From NCBI GenBank assembly GCA_032718475.1, contig JAUCBJ010005600.1, positions 62,001 to 126,000 of the forward strand: 64,000 bases of DNA. Reading direction: 5' to 3'. The DNA comes from Nemertoderma westbladi. Lineage: Eukaryota > Animalia > Xenacoelomorpha. The position numbers were made by a program, and so were the translations under genes. The notes under the pieces are model-generated. The model was not told the origin of the DNA. It did not search any database and was given only the letters and a program-made list of their open reading frames with translations. Positions 1-14,267 of this stretch are shown here, one piece after another (the stretch's first letter is position 1; every line of letters begins with the position of its first letter).

Positions 1-149
1 ATACTAACTGTACATATACACTGCATGTAGGCCTAGATAAAGTCGGACCCCTTTTTCATATACCGTTCGTCCGTGTCCAGTTGGACCATTACGCTAAACA
101 CACATACACACATCAGTATTGTACCACCATCTGTGTGCCGGCTTTACCA

Positions 150-1238
150 GTGGCATAGGCCAGACTCAGAACACGCCGGGAAATGCCGGGGCGGAGTTGT
201 TTGGAACATATTTTGGCTTTGCGCCTATTATTTGAATATGCATGTAGAAATCGACTAGATTTATTCGTATTATTTGTCAATTTCTGATTTATCCAAGGCA
301 TATATATGAACGGGTGCCACTACATAAGCTTACCGAGGCTTTAGGGTCTCTAGGGTGTGGTGGTAGGTTTTTGGCTGCTATAGCCTCTGCTTATGCTGTA
401 TCATACTTTATTTTAGGAAAAATAATAATTGTTGTCACAATCGGGTTGCACCAGGGTGCTTTAAATCGTGTTTATTGTTTGTCCTTTACATAAATAAGTT
501 AATTCGTATGCTTGAAGATGATGATGATGGGTTTTTTAATGTCCTGCACTGTCTGTTGTTTATCGACGATACTGTCAGACTGTACTATTGTCTATTACGC
601 CCAGGGTATTATGGATAAATTTGTGTTATGCTGGAATTTTGTGATACAACGGGTATGATTATTAATCAAAAGTAACTCAATTCATGGTTAACGGTACTAC
701 AACGGCTGATAGAGAAAGTTTGGTGTTTAATTATTTGGTGATAATAAATATAAATGATTATTGCAATTTAGGGGCCATTTTTACTCAGGATGGGAAGTTG
801 AAGTCGCCCTTGAGTTACATTTAAAGGCAAAATACAAACATATTTTGAAATTCGCCGCTTTTATAAATAAAAATGTTGATGTGCCATGGTTAATTAAGAA
901 AAGAGTCGCAGAAGCACCCCCTTTCTCATCTATATTATATGGGTACGAGTCGTGGGTGGGCAATTTAAAATGTGTTGAAGACCAATACCGACAGATTCTA
1001 AAATCATTGTTAGGCGTTAGGAAGTCTACCCCCAATGAATTAATTTGAAAGTGGATTTCCACTCTTAAAAGCATTAATTTTGGATAGAAGAGCATAATTT
1101 CTGAAAAAAGTTTCTATGTTGCCTGATGATTGCCCACTTCGCGTCGTTTTAAGGTGTTATTGAAGGTTCTTCTTTATTTATAGAGTTATATTCATGCATA
1201 GATTGTGCGCATAATAGAGAAAACTATTTTTCGCTGTT
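150..1238 (+). pseudogene. Degenerate LINE (non-LTR retrotransposon) ORF2 reverse transcriptase remnant
   Basis: Frameshifted RT motifs occur in the right order: GRSCLEHILALRLL (~190-235), LFVLFV..DLSKAY (~260-303), GLHQG (~443), LLFIDDTV (~553-577), and SSILYGYESW in ORF 761..1048. Confidence 0.7.
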
Positions 1239-1406
1239 AAAACACATTGTAAACTCATCCAATAATACAAAACACATTGTAAACTCATCCAATAAGATAA
1301 AACATATTGTAAACTCATTCAATAAGATAAAACAGATTGTAAACTCATCCAATAAAGACAAAACAGATTGTAAACTCATCCAATAAGATAAAACAGATTG
1401 TAAACT
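1239..1406 (+). repeat. 30-bp tandem repeat (AAAACAGATTGTAAACTCATCCAATAAGAT), about 5.5 copies
   Basis: The 30-bp period is directly visible in lines 1201-1381. Confidence 0.95.
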
Positions 1407-3587
1407 GTTATGTTATATAAATATATAGGCAATATATATATATATGACAATATATTTATCAGTTCACAAACTTCCTGTAGTGATCCTGGCCTACTGCTGT
1501 ACTGCTGACTTCTGCCGTATTGTTCACCTGCTACACCATGAGCTGCTGGCTGCACTGATGCCAACCTAACGCCCTCCACCATCCCACATCGCAGTTAGAT
1601 AATCCGTCCAAAGGCCTAACTTCAATCCTGTAATCACACAGAAATAATCCCTATCCTATACGCCCGCTCAGAGTGGCTATCTACAGTCCCCGTCTTCCTC
1701 TAGTATCCACCAACATGGGTCCAAAATCTGACAACTGGAATGCGGCCATGGAGAAACTAAAAGACCTGATCGAAACTAAGTTTGAAACTCTAGATGAAGA
1801 CATGAAACTCATCAAAACACAACTAGAAAATATCCCACTCCTTATCAACGAGAATGACTACTTAAAGAAAGAAAACGAAGACATGAAACTCATTAAAACA
1901 CAACTAGAAAATATCCCACTCCTTATCAACAAGAATGACCACTTAAAGAAAGAAAACGAAATCCTAAAGGAGAAACTCGACGAACAAGCGAGGACGATAG
2001 ATGAACTAAACCAATATGAGCGGAGTCACTCGATTCTCATTCACGGCATCCCAGATATTAACAATGACAAAGACGACGACCAACAAAGTATTACAGATAT
2101 CCTATCCAAATTAGGCATTAGCTTCAACTCGGTCAATGTTTTCCATCGCCTTGGTAAACCAAAACCCCCTGTTAGCGGTAATAAAAAATCTTCCCGACCA
2201 ATCATCGTGCGTTTCTATACGGACATTCATCCCGATGGATAGCGTTCGGCAACTGCAAATCGCTTCCCCCAGGTGTATACCTAACAGACCACCTCACACC
2301 GCAACGGTCCGCTCTCCTCCACTACGCCCTAAAGTTGAAACGCTCAGAACGCCTCCACTCCGCTTATTCATATAATGGCGTGGTAACGGTTCGATTATCG
2401 CCAAGCGGCGAACCGATACCAGTTCACTCTACTGCCGAAGTCGATAAGGTCTGTATCTCCAAAGTGAACCCCCAAAATTCGGACACCCGTAGCCCCCACG
2501 GAAGCGATCCTAAAATAACCAGCGGATCTACATCCAGCTATACCCATCGCCCACGACGCAAGGCTACCGGAGCCGTAACGACGATAGAAAACTCGAACCA
2601 ATATGCTGTATTGAACAATATCAACCGCGGTAAGGAATTATTAATAATTAAAATACTTCATCGTTCACACAACTTTTCTGTAAAAAAAGGCCCTCGCTAT
2701 GAATTTACTGTCTAAAACATTTCACACCATATATGTACGTACTGGTATATGTTACATTAGGTTTACCCTATATTATATTATATTATGTAATCTCTAATCC
2801 TTTTCTTTTCTTTTCTTTTCTTAATAATGAAAGAAGTTAGCTAATAATATCGTCACATTCTGAATTTCAAGTGCTGAATACACTTATGGTGGTGGGTGTT
2901 GAGTTGCTTTTTTGCTTCCAACTACAGCTGATAGTAATGTTGTTTTCTACCCTTTATAATCCCAAACCCCCCAACCTTGACCCCTCCTCCCCATCCCATC
3001 CCGTCGCCCTACCCGTCTGTAACTGTTTGTGTCCTAAGCTGTAACTGTCCTAAACTGTTTGTTATATAAATATATAGTTAATATATATATATATGACAAT
3101 ATATTTATCAGTTCACAAACTTCCTGTAGTGATACTGGCCTACTGCTGTACTGCTGACTTCTGCCGTATTGTTCACCTGCTACACCATGAGCTGCTTTCT
3201 GCACTGATGCCAACCTAACGCCCTCCACCATCCCACATCGCAGTTAGATAATGCGTCCAAAGGCCTAACTTCAATCCTGTAATCACACAGAAATAATCCC
3301 TATCCTATACGCCCGCTCAGAGTGGCTATCTACAGTCCCCGTCTTCCTCTAGTATCCACCAACATGGGTCCAAAATCTGACAACTGGAATACGGCCATGG
3401 AGAAACTAAAAGACCTGATCGAAAGTAAGTTTGAAACTCTAGATGAAGACATGAAACTCATTAAAACACGAATATAAATTATCCCATTCCTTATCAACGA
3501 GAATGACTACTTAAGAAAGAAAACGAAATCCTAAAGGAGAAACTCGACGAACAAGCGAGGACGATAGATGAACTAAACCAATATGAG
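1401..3587 (+). mobile_element. Head-to-tail copies of a LINE-ORF1-only element (unit about 1.65 kb)
   Basis: 1401-2020 recurs almost identically at 3051-3587. The unit encodes an ORF1-like protein, and there is no ORF2 between the copies. Confidence 0.75.
1715..2715 (+). pseudogene. LINE ORF1-like protein (coiled coil + RRM + CTD, CR1/L2-type), frameshifted near 2230
   Basis: Heptad coiled coil, then SILIHGIPD, HRLGKPK and RPIIVRF. After a frameshift, GVYLTDHLTP...AYSYNGVVTV (frame of ORF 2335..2715). A 78-bp in-frame internal duplication (EDMKLIKTQLENIPLLIN x2) is absent from the second copy. Confidence 0.75.
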
Positions 3588-6380
3588 GTCTGTCCTTTGG
3601 CAGTGTGAAATTCCTTCAATGTCAAAGTTTGAGATTGCACTCGACAATGCCATCGAGGTCGAAGGTGTCAATAAATGTAGCATTGATTTTGCAAGATAAT
3701 GTGTCAGCAACTATGTTTGAATCTCCTGGGATGTATTCAATCGAGTCAATAAACTCGGCAAGGGATGAGAGTTGGTGAGTTTGATGCAGTGAGACAGTGT
3801 TAGTTTTCCTCAATGTGTGGATGAGTGGTTTATGGTTGGTGAAAAGTGTAACGAAACGTCCTTCAAGTGTAGCGCAAAAATTGATTGTGGCCTGATAGAC
3901 TGTAATTCATGATTAAATGATGACCAGGTCGCTTCAGTGGGTGTGAGACGGTGGGAAAAGAAACCAAAAGGGACTGAATTGTCGCAAGATATTGTTTCAT
4001 GTAGAACTGCGCCTATTGCGATCTGCGATGCATTGGTTGTGAGAGTGATTTTGCTATTGATGGTGGAAGAGTGGTGGAGGAGAGTAGCACTTGACAATGC
4101 ATTTCTCAATTTTGTGAAAGCCTGGGAATGTATAGGAGTCCATTCGGCAATGGTAAAAGGGCGTTGTGGAAGTTTGCATTTGTTTTGCAGAGAAGTACTA
4201 AGTGGAGTTTGGAGAGGGTACACAATGTTGCTGAAGTGAGGGATATGGCGGCGGTAGAAACCTAACATGCCAATAATTCACTGAAGTTCAGTGTAGCTGT
4301 ATGGTTGGAGAGAGATAGTTTTGATGCATTCTGGAGTTGGTAAGATTCCTTCAGCAGAGACTAGTGAACCAAGGAAGTTTATTGTTAGTTGAAGCCATTG
4401 GCACTTCAGAAAGTTTTCTTTAAAATTATGGTCTCTGATGTATAGGAAAACAATGTTGATATGTTTGTAGTGTTGTGTTTGATCCTATGAAAACATAAGA
4501 ATATCATTGAAGTTGATGAATACAAAGGTGAAATTCAAATTCAAACAGAGTTTAACTTCCATTGTAGGGTTCGACCGACATTATGTAATCCGTAAGGCAT
4601 GCGGACAAACTCAATCAGTCCGAAAGGTGTTGTTATGGCAGTTTTAATGCTATTGAAATCTGATTGTAGGCTTGCACCAAGTAAATGGAACTAAAAATTG
4701 TTGTTCCTTATATTTTATTATAGAAATGAGGGGCATGAGTCAGGTTGAGTGATAAGATTTAAGGGGTGGTAGTCCCCACAGGATGCCACTAGTTGTGTGC
4801 ATTCTTTTTGGGTGCCATATGGAGTGGCGATGCCAAGGACTGTTAGATGGACATATAACTTATTTTGATTGTAAGACCTGAAAACGGCATTGACAAGGGT
4901 AAGTTTCATACCACTGAGTTGTTGTGGTTTGGCTAAAATTGGCCGAATGTTTCTAATTTCAATGCGGTGATTCACATCGCAGATAGGTTCATGGGAGAAT
5001 GCGGTATCGGGTCAAATAGATCAGCGTATTCTTTGAGTAACTTATACATTATACAAAGAGTCATCTGGATGCGTAGCAGCAATTTTTCTTATTGCTAAAG
5101 TTGAGGAGGAGGAGGAAACAAGGTCATGTTTAAGATGAGTGTCTCCATCAATAATCAGTTCGTTTTTGCAACCAAGTAGCATATTGAAGTTAGAAAGGAA
5201 ATCTATTCCAAGGATATTATCTGTAACATTGGCAATGTGAAATAACTTAATTTTCGCCATTCAATATTGAGAGGTGAGCACTTATAGTGCGAAATACAGT
5301 GAGTGATATTAGCATTGGAAACTGCTCGGAGTTGAGTTTGTGTAGGATCCCAAAGGAAGTCTTTAACGCTAGATGGCATTAGAATATAAACTTGAGATCT
5401 TGTGTCAATAAGAAAATTCAGTTTATGAGTTTTAGTGGAGTGAGTTTGAATATGGCAGCGCCCTTGGTGCTTGCAGCTACTGTACTGAGGGGTGCTAGTT
5501 TTCCAATGGTGCAGGTGATGAAGATCGGGAAGGTGGATGATAGTTTTGTCGTGATGGAGGCATAATATGGACTGGCTTCTCTGTGGGCAATCGCCACCAT
5601 TCACTGCAACATTTTGCCTTACTACCATAGTATAATAATATTGAATCTGCAAATTTATGGGTTCTTTCCCTCTCTAAAGGGGATACAGGTCGCCGAATGG
5701 GGCCAGGGTACCTTGGCGTGGAGTCGGTGTAGAGGATTGAGAATAATCACGCTAGTTGGGTGGTTGATAAAGTGGTTGACGTTGTTCATACTCCATGTGT
5801 TGTTTTGTTTGGAAATTGACAGATGTGACATTACATGGGGGCGAAACTGAGCTTTCAGATTGTTGGGTAAACAATAAAATAATGTCACATTGTGCGGCAA
5901 ATTCCTTGGGTGGTAGGCGGTGATGGGCGACGAGTGCAGAACAAGCCGTGAGTGGAAGAGCTTGTAGAAGTTTGTGCCATACAATGTCATTATCAGCAGT
6001 GAGATTGCACTCATTGAATTTACGTTTGATGCGTAAATATACTAGATATGGTTTCTGACCATCCATGGATACTTGTCCCAAGGCTTCTTTGAGGAGTTCG
6101 GCTTTTGTCTTCTCATAAAGTTGGAGGATCGTGGCCTTTATTTCATCATAGGTGTCGATGGATGATACGACGTTGAGAGCAACATCCTCTGGTAAATTCG
6201 CCAACATATGGTGGAATTTCGTAGTTTCGCTGGTGATATTGGCTAGACTGAAATATGATTCCATCAGCCGGAACCACACACTAGGGTTGGAGCGGAATAA
6301 CGTTGGTGGTTTTTACGGATACTCGCGAAATGTTGAATTGTTGTAAAGCAGCCTCGTTTTCTTAGTTATAGTTATCCATT
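3588..6380 (-). mobile_element. Degraded Gypsy/Ty3 LTR retrotransposon internal region (gag-protease-RT-RNase H)
   Basis: gag WFRLMESYF..ITSETTKFHH (5752-6279); protease FLIDTRSQV and ILGIDFL; RT CGDYHPLN; LGFYRRHIPHFS; RNase H TNASQIAIGAVL; IEYIPGDSNIVADTLS. Many stops and frameshifts; no LTRs recognised. Confidence 0.88.
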
Positions 6381-7049
6381 GATTATGATTTTTTTTTGAG
6401 TTAATAGTTAATTAATTATTAATTAAATTGAAGGATGAAATATAGTTGCGGTTACATCAATTGTGTATATTTGATTTAGATATATGTTTTACAATGTGAT
6501 AAAGCTCCTAAACGAGTTTCTATATTTTTGATTCTACTTTAGTTTCACCAACTGTTGGTTAATATAGACATTTATTTATATATGTCTGAAATAGAGACAG
6601 TCACATGTAGAAAACATGTTGGACATATAAACACTATTATCATAGTCATCCATGTGTTACTACTTCACATATTAGTTATGATACATGCACACAAACTAAA
6701 CAAATGTTTACTAATTCTATCTGACATTTTATATCACAACAAAGAAGCTAATAAAATAAACCGACAGACTATGCGGTTGCTCAACTCAGTTTGAGCTCAC
6801 AACAGAGATGTCACTAAGCGTTCAGTTTTGTGACGTTACAAAGCCGCAAATAGGGGATAAAAGGTTAAGTGATCCGTGATCGTATGAAACAGGAACCACC
6901 AAAGGCAATCCTAAGGCTCATCTCTAATAAGGTGGGGGGGGGGGGGGGGGGTGATCGATGCAAATAACAGCTGATGACCAGACCACCATGATGGTCGTAG
7001 GTATTATATTCCTACTTAATTTATAGCTAATAAATTAGGTTAATATAAA

Positions 7050-7900
7050 CAGTACTGGGAAAGTCCATTATTACTCTACATCTACGCCATGTTTAATGAG
7101 AAAGCTGCAAAAATAAAAAAAACTTGTTTAACCAATTTTACAGGCGAATGTTTATTTCAATCCATCAGTATACCACGTATTTTTAGTATAACAATGTTCC
7201 ACTGAGGATGGTTGAGGTTAGCACATTCCGAGGTCATCTGCAACCCGGCCTGTTTTTTTAGAAGGCCATTGAAAACAACATGGTAAATCACATTAGCTGT
7301 AAGTGCAAAATAAAACGCATTGGTATATCGGAAGGACGAACCTCAACAACTTGTTTACAACCAAATAGGACTAGAACATACAATAAGGTGCTAAAAAAAT
7401 GGCGTGATAATACAATATGTTTGATTTTCAAATGATATCCTTCGGCAACCTAAGTTGTAACTGACTTGCCATAAAAACGTTTTCGAATGCTGAGAGTTCA
7501 GAAAATCACCGGATGACGGATTTGAGGGGCGCTTCATGCATCACAGTTATTCCACACCATCATAGATTTATCTTCTGAAATTTCCTCACTGTAGGAACTG
7601 TATGATAACAAGCCAATAATTGGCCTGTCATCAATAAAACAATCACACGTCATACACATAACTTTTATGTCAATTCAGCATTTATAATGAAAAATTTATG
7701 TTCAGTGTTCATTATATCATGACGTAACTAATTGGATATCTACGATAAACCGTATTATTATACAGTAATTTACACAATAATCTGTCTTTATTCACAAATA
7801 AGAAAAGAATCGGAAATGCATTGATGTTAGAAAAAACATGAATGTCAAACGGGATATTAATTATTCCAAATGATTTTATATTCTCATTTATGTGCAGCAA
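7050..7900 (-). pseudogene. Possible highly decayed Mutator(MULE)-like transposase fragment
   Basis: Weak motif resemblance only: IHVFSN..F.IL, KLLY....R.PISYVM and DF.ELSAFENVF. Foldback MITEs lie nearby. Confidence 0.25.
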
Positions 7901-8549
7901 AAATAGAAAAGATATATATTGTTCATATTTCGTTTATGGGTTAATTATCGAATAGCTACTTTTTGTTGCATATTTTGTGTATTGTTGTTGTAGACAATAG
8001 ACAATATAGATAATAATAGACAATAGCGGGGAAAACAAACCAGTTAGTAAATTAGTGCCGTGAGGTAACAACGATTGATGCAGAAATGCGTGAAACCATC
8101 ATTACACAATAAAGCTTTACGTTACTAGTTACACTTACAATATAATACCTAATTTAATCTCGTAAATTAATTTAAATTTATATATCTAATTTGAGGAGTC
8201 TGTCACTATTACCCTGTTGCTGTGATGCAATAAATTATACTATCCATCCATATCTAATAGCATTGCCTAATTTATCACCATAATTATTATTAACTGTGCG
8301 CAATTAATAGCTTAATTATAATAATTTCAATATAATATTTTAGGTCATCGATCAATGATGCTCTTATGAGCTCGTTAAATCATAATCATAGAGGTATATC
8401 ACAATACTTGATTATTACATCATAGCATCAGTTCGTTCATTTTTTTAGTTTCTGACTATTGACTATTGTGGCTTAAACTATTAGTGTAATTACAAATTAC
8501 TGTGCGCGTACTGGACTACAATTCGGTCCCGGACAATTCGGTCCGGACA

Positions 8550-8790
8550 TTATCATTCGGTCATCATCAATAGTAGACACAAATCGATAATCCATCGTAT
8601 ACTGATCTGATTGCTGCAATAATTTCATCAGGAATCCCATATAATGAAAGTATGCTGAACATACGTGAGCGAGAGACTGAATCAAAGGCCTTGAAGAAGT
8701 CAACAAAGATAACAGCCAGATGCCTGTCTTTCTTTTTTGATAACACTTCAATGTTGCCTGCTATACTAGGACATACTGAATAGTCCTGCT
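8550..8790 (-). pseudogene. LINE RT fragment
   Basis: The minus strand reads LAVIFVDFFKAFDSVS (~8670-8720), the RT FVDFxKAFDSV motif. Confidence 0.7.
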
Positions 8791-8864
8791 CAGCTAAAGG
8801 ATTTTATACATTACGGCCATATCAAGATATATTGATAATAGTAAGCATTTTGGTAAGGGATGTA

Positions 8865-9046
8865 GGACAATTCGGTCACGGAAAATTCGGTCCCGGGCAA
8901 TTCGGTCCGGACAATTCGGTCCCGGACAATTCGGTCCCAAAACACTAAATAAATGGGACCGAATTGTCCGGGACCGAATTGTCCGGGACCGAATTGTCCG
9001 GGACCGAATTGTTCTAGGACCGAATTGTTCTAGGACCGAATTGTCC
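8865..9046. mobile_element. Foldback MITE built from 15-bp subrepeats GGACAATTCGGTCCC
   Basis: About 5 direct units, a 16-bp AT spacer (aaaacactaaataaat), then about 6 inverted units (GGGACCGAATTGTCC). A half copy lies at 8513-8549. Confidence 0.8.
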
Positions 9047-9462
9047 GGCACCGATTTTGTGAAAGCATTGATATTTTAGAATTAGGCCTAAACTGTTGCA
9101 GATTATATTAATTACCAAGAATGTTGATGATATTATAACAGTCCCTGAATGAGATCCAGCTATTATCTAGGATAATAATTTAGGCTTGTTAATCAACCAA
9201 CAACACCTACAGTATACATACGCAATATATAAAAAAAATATGTTTTAAACATTTTAAATACATACTATTACAAGCTAGTAAATATTTCACAAGCTCCATA
9301 AAAACACCATAGCTACCATAACTAATAATGTTAACAAAAAAAAGTACAAGTTTTTTATTTAAAAAAAACTACTAGCTAGTAAAAAACACTAGCTACCATA
9401 TAATAATATCTATTAAGGTTCTAGAACATTCACCATTATATAGTTCAAATTAAATTTCGTCC

Positions 9463-9568
9463 GGACAATTCGGTCCCGGTCAATTCGGTCCCGGACAATT
9501 CGGTCCCGGTCAATTTGGTCCCAAAACACAAAATTAATGGGACTGAATTGTCCGGGACCGAATTGTCC
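9463..9568. mobile_element. Second foldback MITE of the same 15-bp family
   Basis: 4 direct units, a related spacer (aaaacacaaaattaat) and 2 inverted units. Confidence 0.8.
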
Positions 9569-12500
9569 TGCTTCCGACTCCGATCCATTTGAAATGTTAT
9601 GGGGACCAGGGTCCTCCAGGGTGACACTCTTGTTAGATCTGAAAAATTTATATAAGGTTTTTAATGGCTTGGACTGACCATTTCTCACCAGCCGGCGGCC
9701 CCACACCACATCACCTCCACAATTCACGATCCGAAATGTGAATCCAAAATTCGTCTTAATTATCAAGTTCAGTATCTTTCAGCAGGCATATCAGGAAGGC
9801 TGACCTCCACGTTTCATCTCCTAAGTCGTCAGCCATTAAACCAGATCAGGCACAGGTTGATCAGTTTTACTAAGATGGGAGAGGCTGGCGGCAAGACTCG
9901 TACGTTGTTACATTACCACCGAGGTTGTAAAATGCCCCGTTTGTTAAGTGACCATCTGATCCATGAAATAATGTTTCGTTGGTGGTTAAGCAAAACAGCT
10001 GAAGAGGCTTTGAAAGGCCCAAACAGGAAAATTCATCATAAAAGGGTGAACTAACTATTAAAACTATACATGACATTTAATTAAAGGGCTAATTCACATA
10101 CACCTTCTACCATGCTTGCAGACAGACATGAGATGCTATAAAGAACTCTATATATCATTCACTGAGGCAGCTTTTATATTTATTGTCCATCAGAGTTTCA
10201 GTAAAACCGATATATAGAAACTGTAAAGTTTATACTTGAATAATTATTGATTATCTCCCTGAGCAAGAGATGGAAGCCTTATACATAATGTACCTATTAT
10301 TATTGCTGCAATAGTGCTCGTAATCCTCAACTAGTGCTGTTCAAAAAATACTGAAGACCCAAAGTGATGACGAATGTTATCCATTAGTGGCTATGGTGCA
10401 CTTAATCCTTACCAAATGCTGTTCAGAAAATAGGCAAGACTCAAGGTTTATGGCGTATCCACACTAACAAACATGTGTTGAGAAAATAGTAATTTTATAG
10501 ATGTTTTAAATTTGTTTATAAGAAAAATTTATTATCCATATCAGGAAATAAACTCATTAATTGACAAGTAACTATACTATTTTTGTTTATCGATATTTAG
10601 GAGTTCATACTTAAAGTTCATACTTTTATACTGGCCTTTATAACCAGTCATTATATCGTGTGTGACGGTATAAGATGCACAAAGAAAACAATAAAGAAAA
10701 CTTCGTGCAATCCCACCTACCGTAAAGCAGTGCGAAGTTGCTGTTAGTATAGAAGTGTGTTGAGTGATGCTGAATCTCCATTTTGTATCAGTGGTATCGC
10801 AAATCGTATGTACATGTGCATCTCGCATGCATTTTGCCTTTAACTTTAATCTCCGTTTGAAATGTCAGTTTGCACCCTTTCAAACACATCTTAAGTGTTG
10901 ATACTATTAGAAAACTTGTGTCGAATAATAGATCTGATTATATCACTAAAAGTCCTTGTCTAGCAAATGTTTAATTTACAAATAGGATGTGTTATCTTTG
11001 TAGAAAAATTGCAGTGAGGTCCATTATAAAATTACATTGTTTTACTGTAGGGTTCTATGTTAGAAATGTTTTCCATTGGCAACCCTCACCAAAAGTTGTG
11101 AATGGATGTTAAAACTGCAGGAAAGCAAAAAATTTGGTGTAGGCACAACATTTAGGTCGCCCTACCTCGACTTATTTGAGTACAATATCATACCGCGATT
11201 ACCGCTAAAAGAAAATCTTACCCTTAATAATAAGTAAGGCATAACTCAAGTTTTTCTGCTGAACCATGTCTGAAATTTGGGACACCCCACTAAATCGACC
11301 ATTGTGAATCGAATGACCTCAAAATAAAATTCATAGGACCACTTGAAGTACATGATTCTGAAATATATCAGTTATGATAAGTATAATCATAATACATACA
11401 AGTCTCAAAAATCAACAAGAAAAACACATTATAATATATAGATAAATTTTATGTGTTTTGATAATGATTTATCACAGTCATTTTAATAATTCCACACATT
11501 TCAGAGTAGTTAATACAATATATATCTCAACTACAACATTGTACACTATATTAAATTGAATTAAATTGAAATTACGAGTTTATGAGGTAGTACTGTAGTA
11601 CAGTAGTATATGTATTGTATATACAATAATACAGTATGTATAGAATTCACTCATCATCATCATGAGATAATTATATTTAAAAAATTGAAATAAATTTATA
11701 AAAATTAATTATAGATTTGAAATTTCACTGTTCTACACAGTTTCTAAATTTGTTGCACCTTAGCATTCAAATCTGTAACTAGTTGCTTTGATAGAATATG
11801 ACATCTAATACGAACTGAACATTTATATTGAACTTTTACATTGCTGGCTAAAATTTGTTCTTGTGCTGTTTCCAATACTTCTGCAGTTTCAGGATATACC
11901 CAATCACATCCAGTAGAATCTGTACGTACCATATATGAAATTGACAACGTCCCATCCCACTACCCAGTTGTATTGAGTCAATGACACCAAGAAACCACTG
12001 AACTTTATCTTTGTGCCAATAAGCAACAACATGTTCACCAATGTGATATCCATAGCTGTTGTTGGAATTTGTGTCATTGTCTGTGATGCAAAATTTGGCT
12101 GAGATACTATGTAAAACATTGCCCAAATCAGCCAGGGTGATGTTATTGCATGCCCGAGCACTGTCTAAGTAAGACATCAGATTGTCAGCATACTCAGATG
12201 TCTCAAGATTATGGTGAGTTCGCTTTAATCGAAACACTGCTGCTGAAGGTTTTTAAGACAGACTGGTCATGCGATCATATTTGACCTCCTGGTACATACG
12301 TTTGTTTTTGGCTTCTTCAGTGATGCTACTGCTATCTATATATTTCTTAACATCAGCCACTGATGAAAATGGACCAGGTATTATATCATTCTTAAGGATG
12401 TCTAAAAGTTGATATTTTACAGCATCTTAGTTCAAATTTGCAGTTTCCTTTTCACTGTATCCTGCTGCTTGACGTTTTTTAAGTTGTTCAACCCATTGGA

Positions 12501-14267
12501 GCTTGAGGTCTTTGATTTGTTGTGCTGGCTTGACAAAGGTCCGAATTTCAGATGGAATGATGTTCATTAGTATGTCTGAACTCTTGTTAACAGTCATTTT
12601 CTTAGATGCTGATTCTAGATGTTGCTTGCCACAGATATGAAGTTCATAATTGACGAAACCAACACTACGCTCTTCATTGAGATTGTGTATTGGAGCCATT
12701 TCTAATTTTTGTCCTTTTGCTCCATCAGTATGACATATTTTCAACAATGTACCTGTTTCATCGTGTGCCATTGATCCGAACCCAAATATAGCTCCTCTGC
12801 TCCAGGAAACCACTTGCAAGTCGAGGTAAAATGATATTGAGCAGATTAATCACTTCCTTGTGAAACTGGCCAATGCAAACATTGACTACTTCAAGTAAAC
12901 ATTTCTTTGGCAGTGATTCGAGAAACCTTTTTTCAGTTACGAAGTTGCAAACTCTCATTTCGACTTGCAGTAACTCATCTGCCTTTACTTGACTTAAATT
13001 AGAATAAAGTTTTGGAAATGCTTTAAGCAATGTATTATAAGTGGTCTCTGTGTCTAGTAAAAGCGAAAAAATGGGCGAGTGAAATGAATTCCAATAAGCG
13101 AGGTTGCACATAAGATTGGTTTCAGTAGTTCCATGTTGAGAAAAGTTCTGTCAAGGATAGCTATACCATTAATAATATTACTGAAGTTATCAAGATACAT
13201 TTTGATATCATCCAAGTGATACAATAGTGAAAGGGAGCAATCAAACAACCTATTAAAACGATGACCTTTCAATGAAATGCTTTCATTTTATTTGTACTAA
13301 TATAACTGCCAAAGTGGTGTTGCCTATTCCAAGGTTTTGATGAGAAATCACGGCTAATAAATTATGTAAGGCAATGCAGTGCTTTGTAGATAAATGATTC
13401 ATTCCTGAAATCAACTTCTACGAGAAAGCAATCCTTGATTGTACTGGACCTAAAAGCATCATGTATCTCTTGATAAACATCTTTAACCGTACGTTGAAAC
13501 ATCCTCAGTGGATGAATGTGGCAAACAAGTGAACCTGGGACAGAATCTGATCCGATATCTTTACAGACCTGTTCAATAACACCTATGTTGTGAGATGTAC
13601 TATCTGTCATCACAAAATCTATTCTATCTAATATCTCCTTTTCATTATACTTTCCTCCACTAGCTGCTGATAAGATCTTTAATGTCATTATCTCAAGTTC
13701 CGAAAGATTTTCACGGGTTTCACTAAAAATAGCAAGAGTTGGTAACACTCTTTGTTTCCCATTAATCGTGAATGATTGAACAATAAAATTGCCCACTCCA
13801 CTTTTCGATGAACCATCATTTGAATAGGTTACAAGTGTCTGCTCCATATCTGAAGACATAATCTCAGTTACAATGCCAGCAAGAACTAAGGCTTCAATAT
13901 ATGTTTCAGTTCGATTTATATAGGTAGGGGCTGGAAGGGTATTGCAATCACTTGGTTTTCCTTTTTCGTAGCATTTCCACTCACCATAATCGTTTCTTCC
14001 AAACAATATATTTGCAATGGCAATAATCGCACCCTGAGCTTGGTTTTCTGACATATGAAGCTCAGACTTCAATTTATGAGTCAATATATAATATTCTGGT
14101 CGTACAGAACGTGGACCATTTCTAATATGACGGTATTTACAGGGCATTTCACCAGCCGGATCAATAATAACACTACTATCATCATAGACATATTTCTTTG
14201 GTTCAGTTTCACATACGAGTTCAGAGTCTCTGATAGGCGCACCAACATAATCAGCCACATACAGGTC

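Noticed and set aside
6931-6951. Poly-G/C tracts (also ~28985, ~29592, ~40818, ~57227) as G-quadruplex elements
   Set aside because: Simple homopolymers with no shared context; their length is also error-prone in assemblies.
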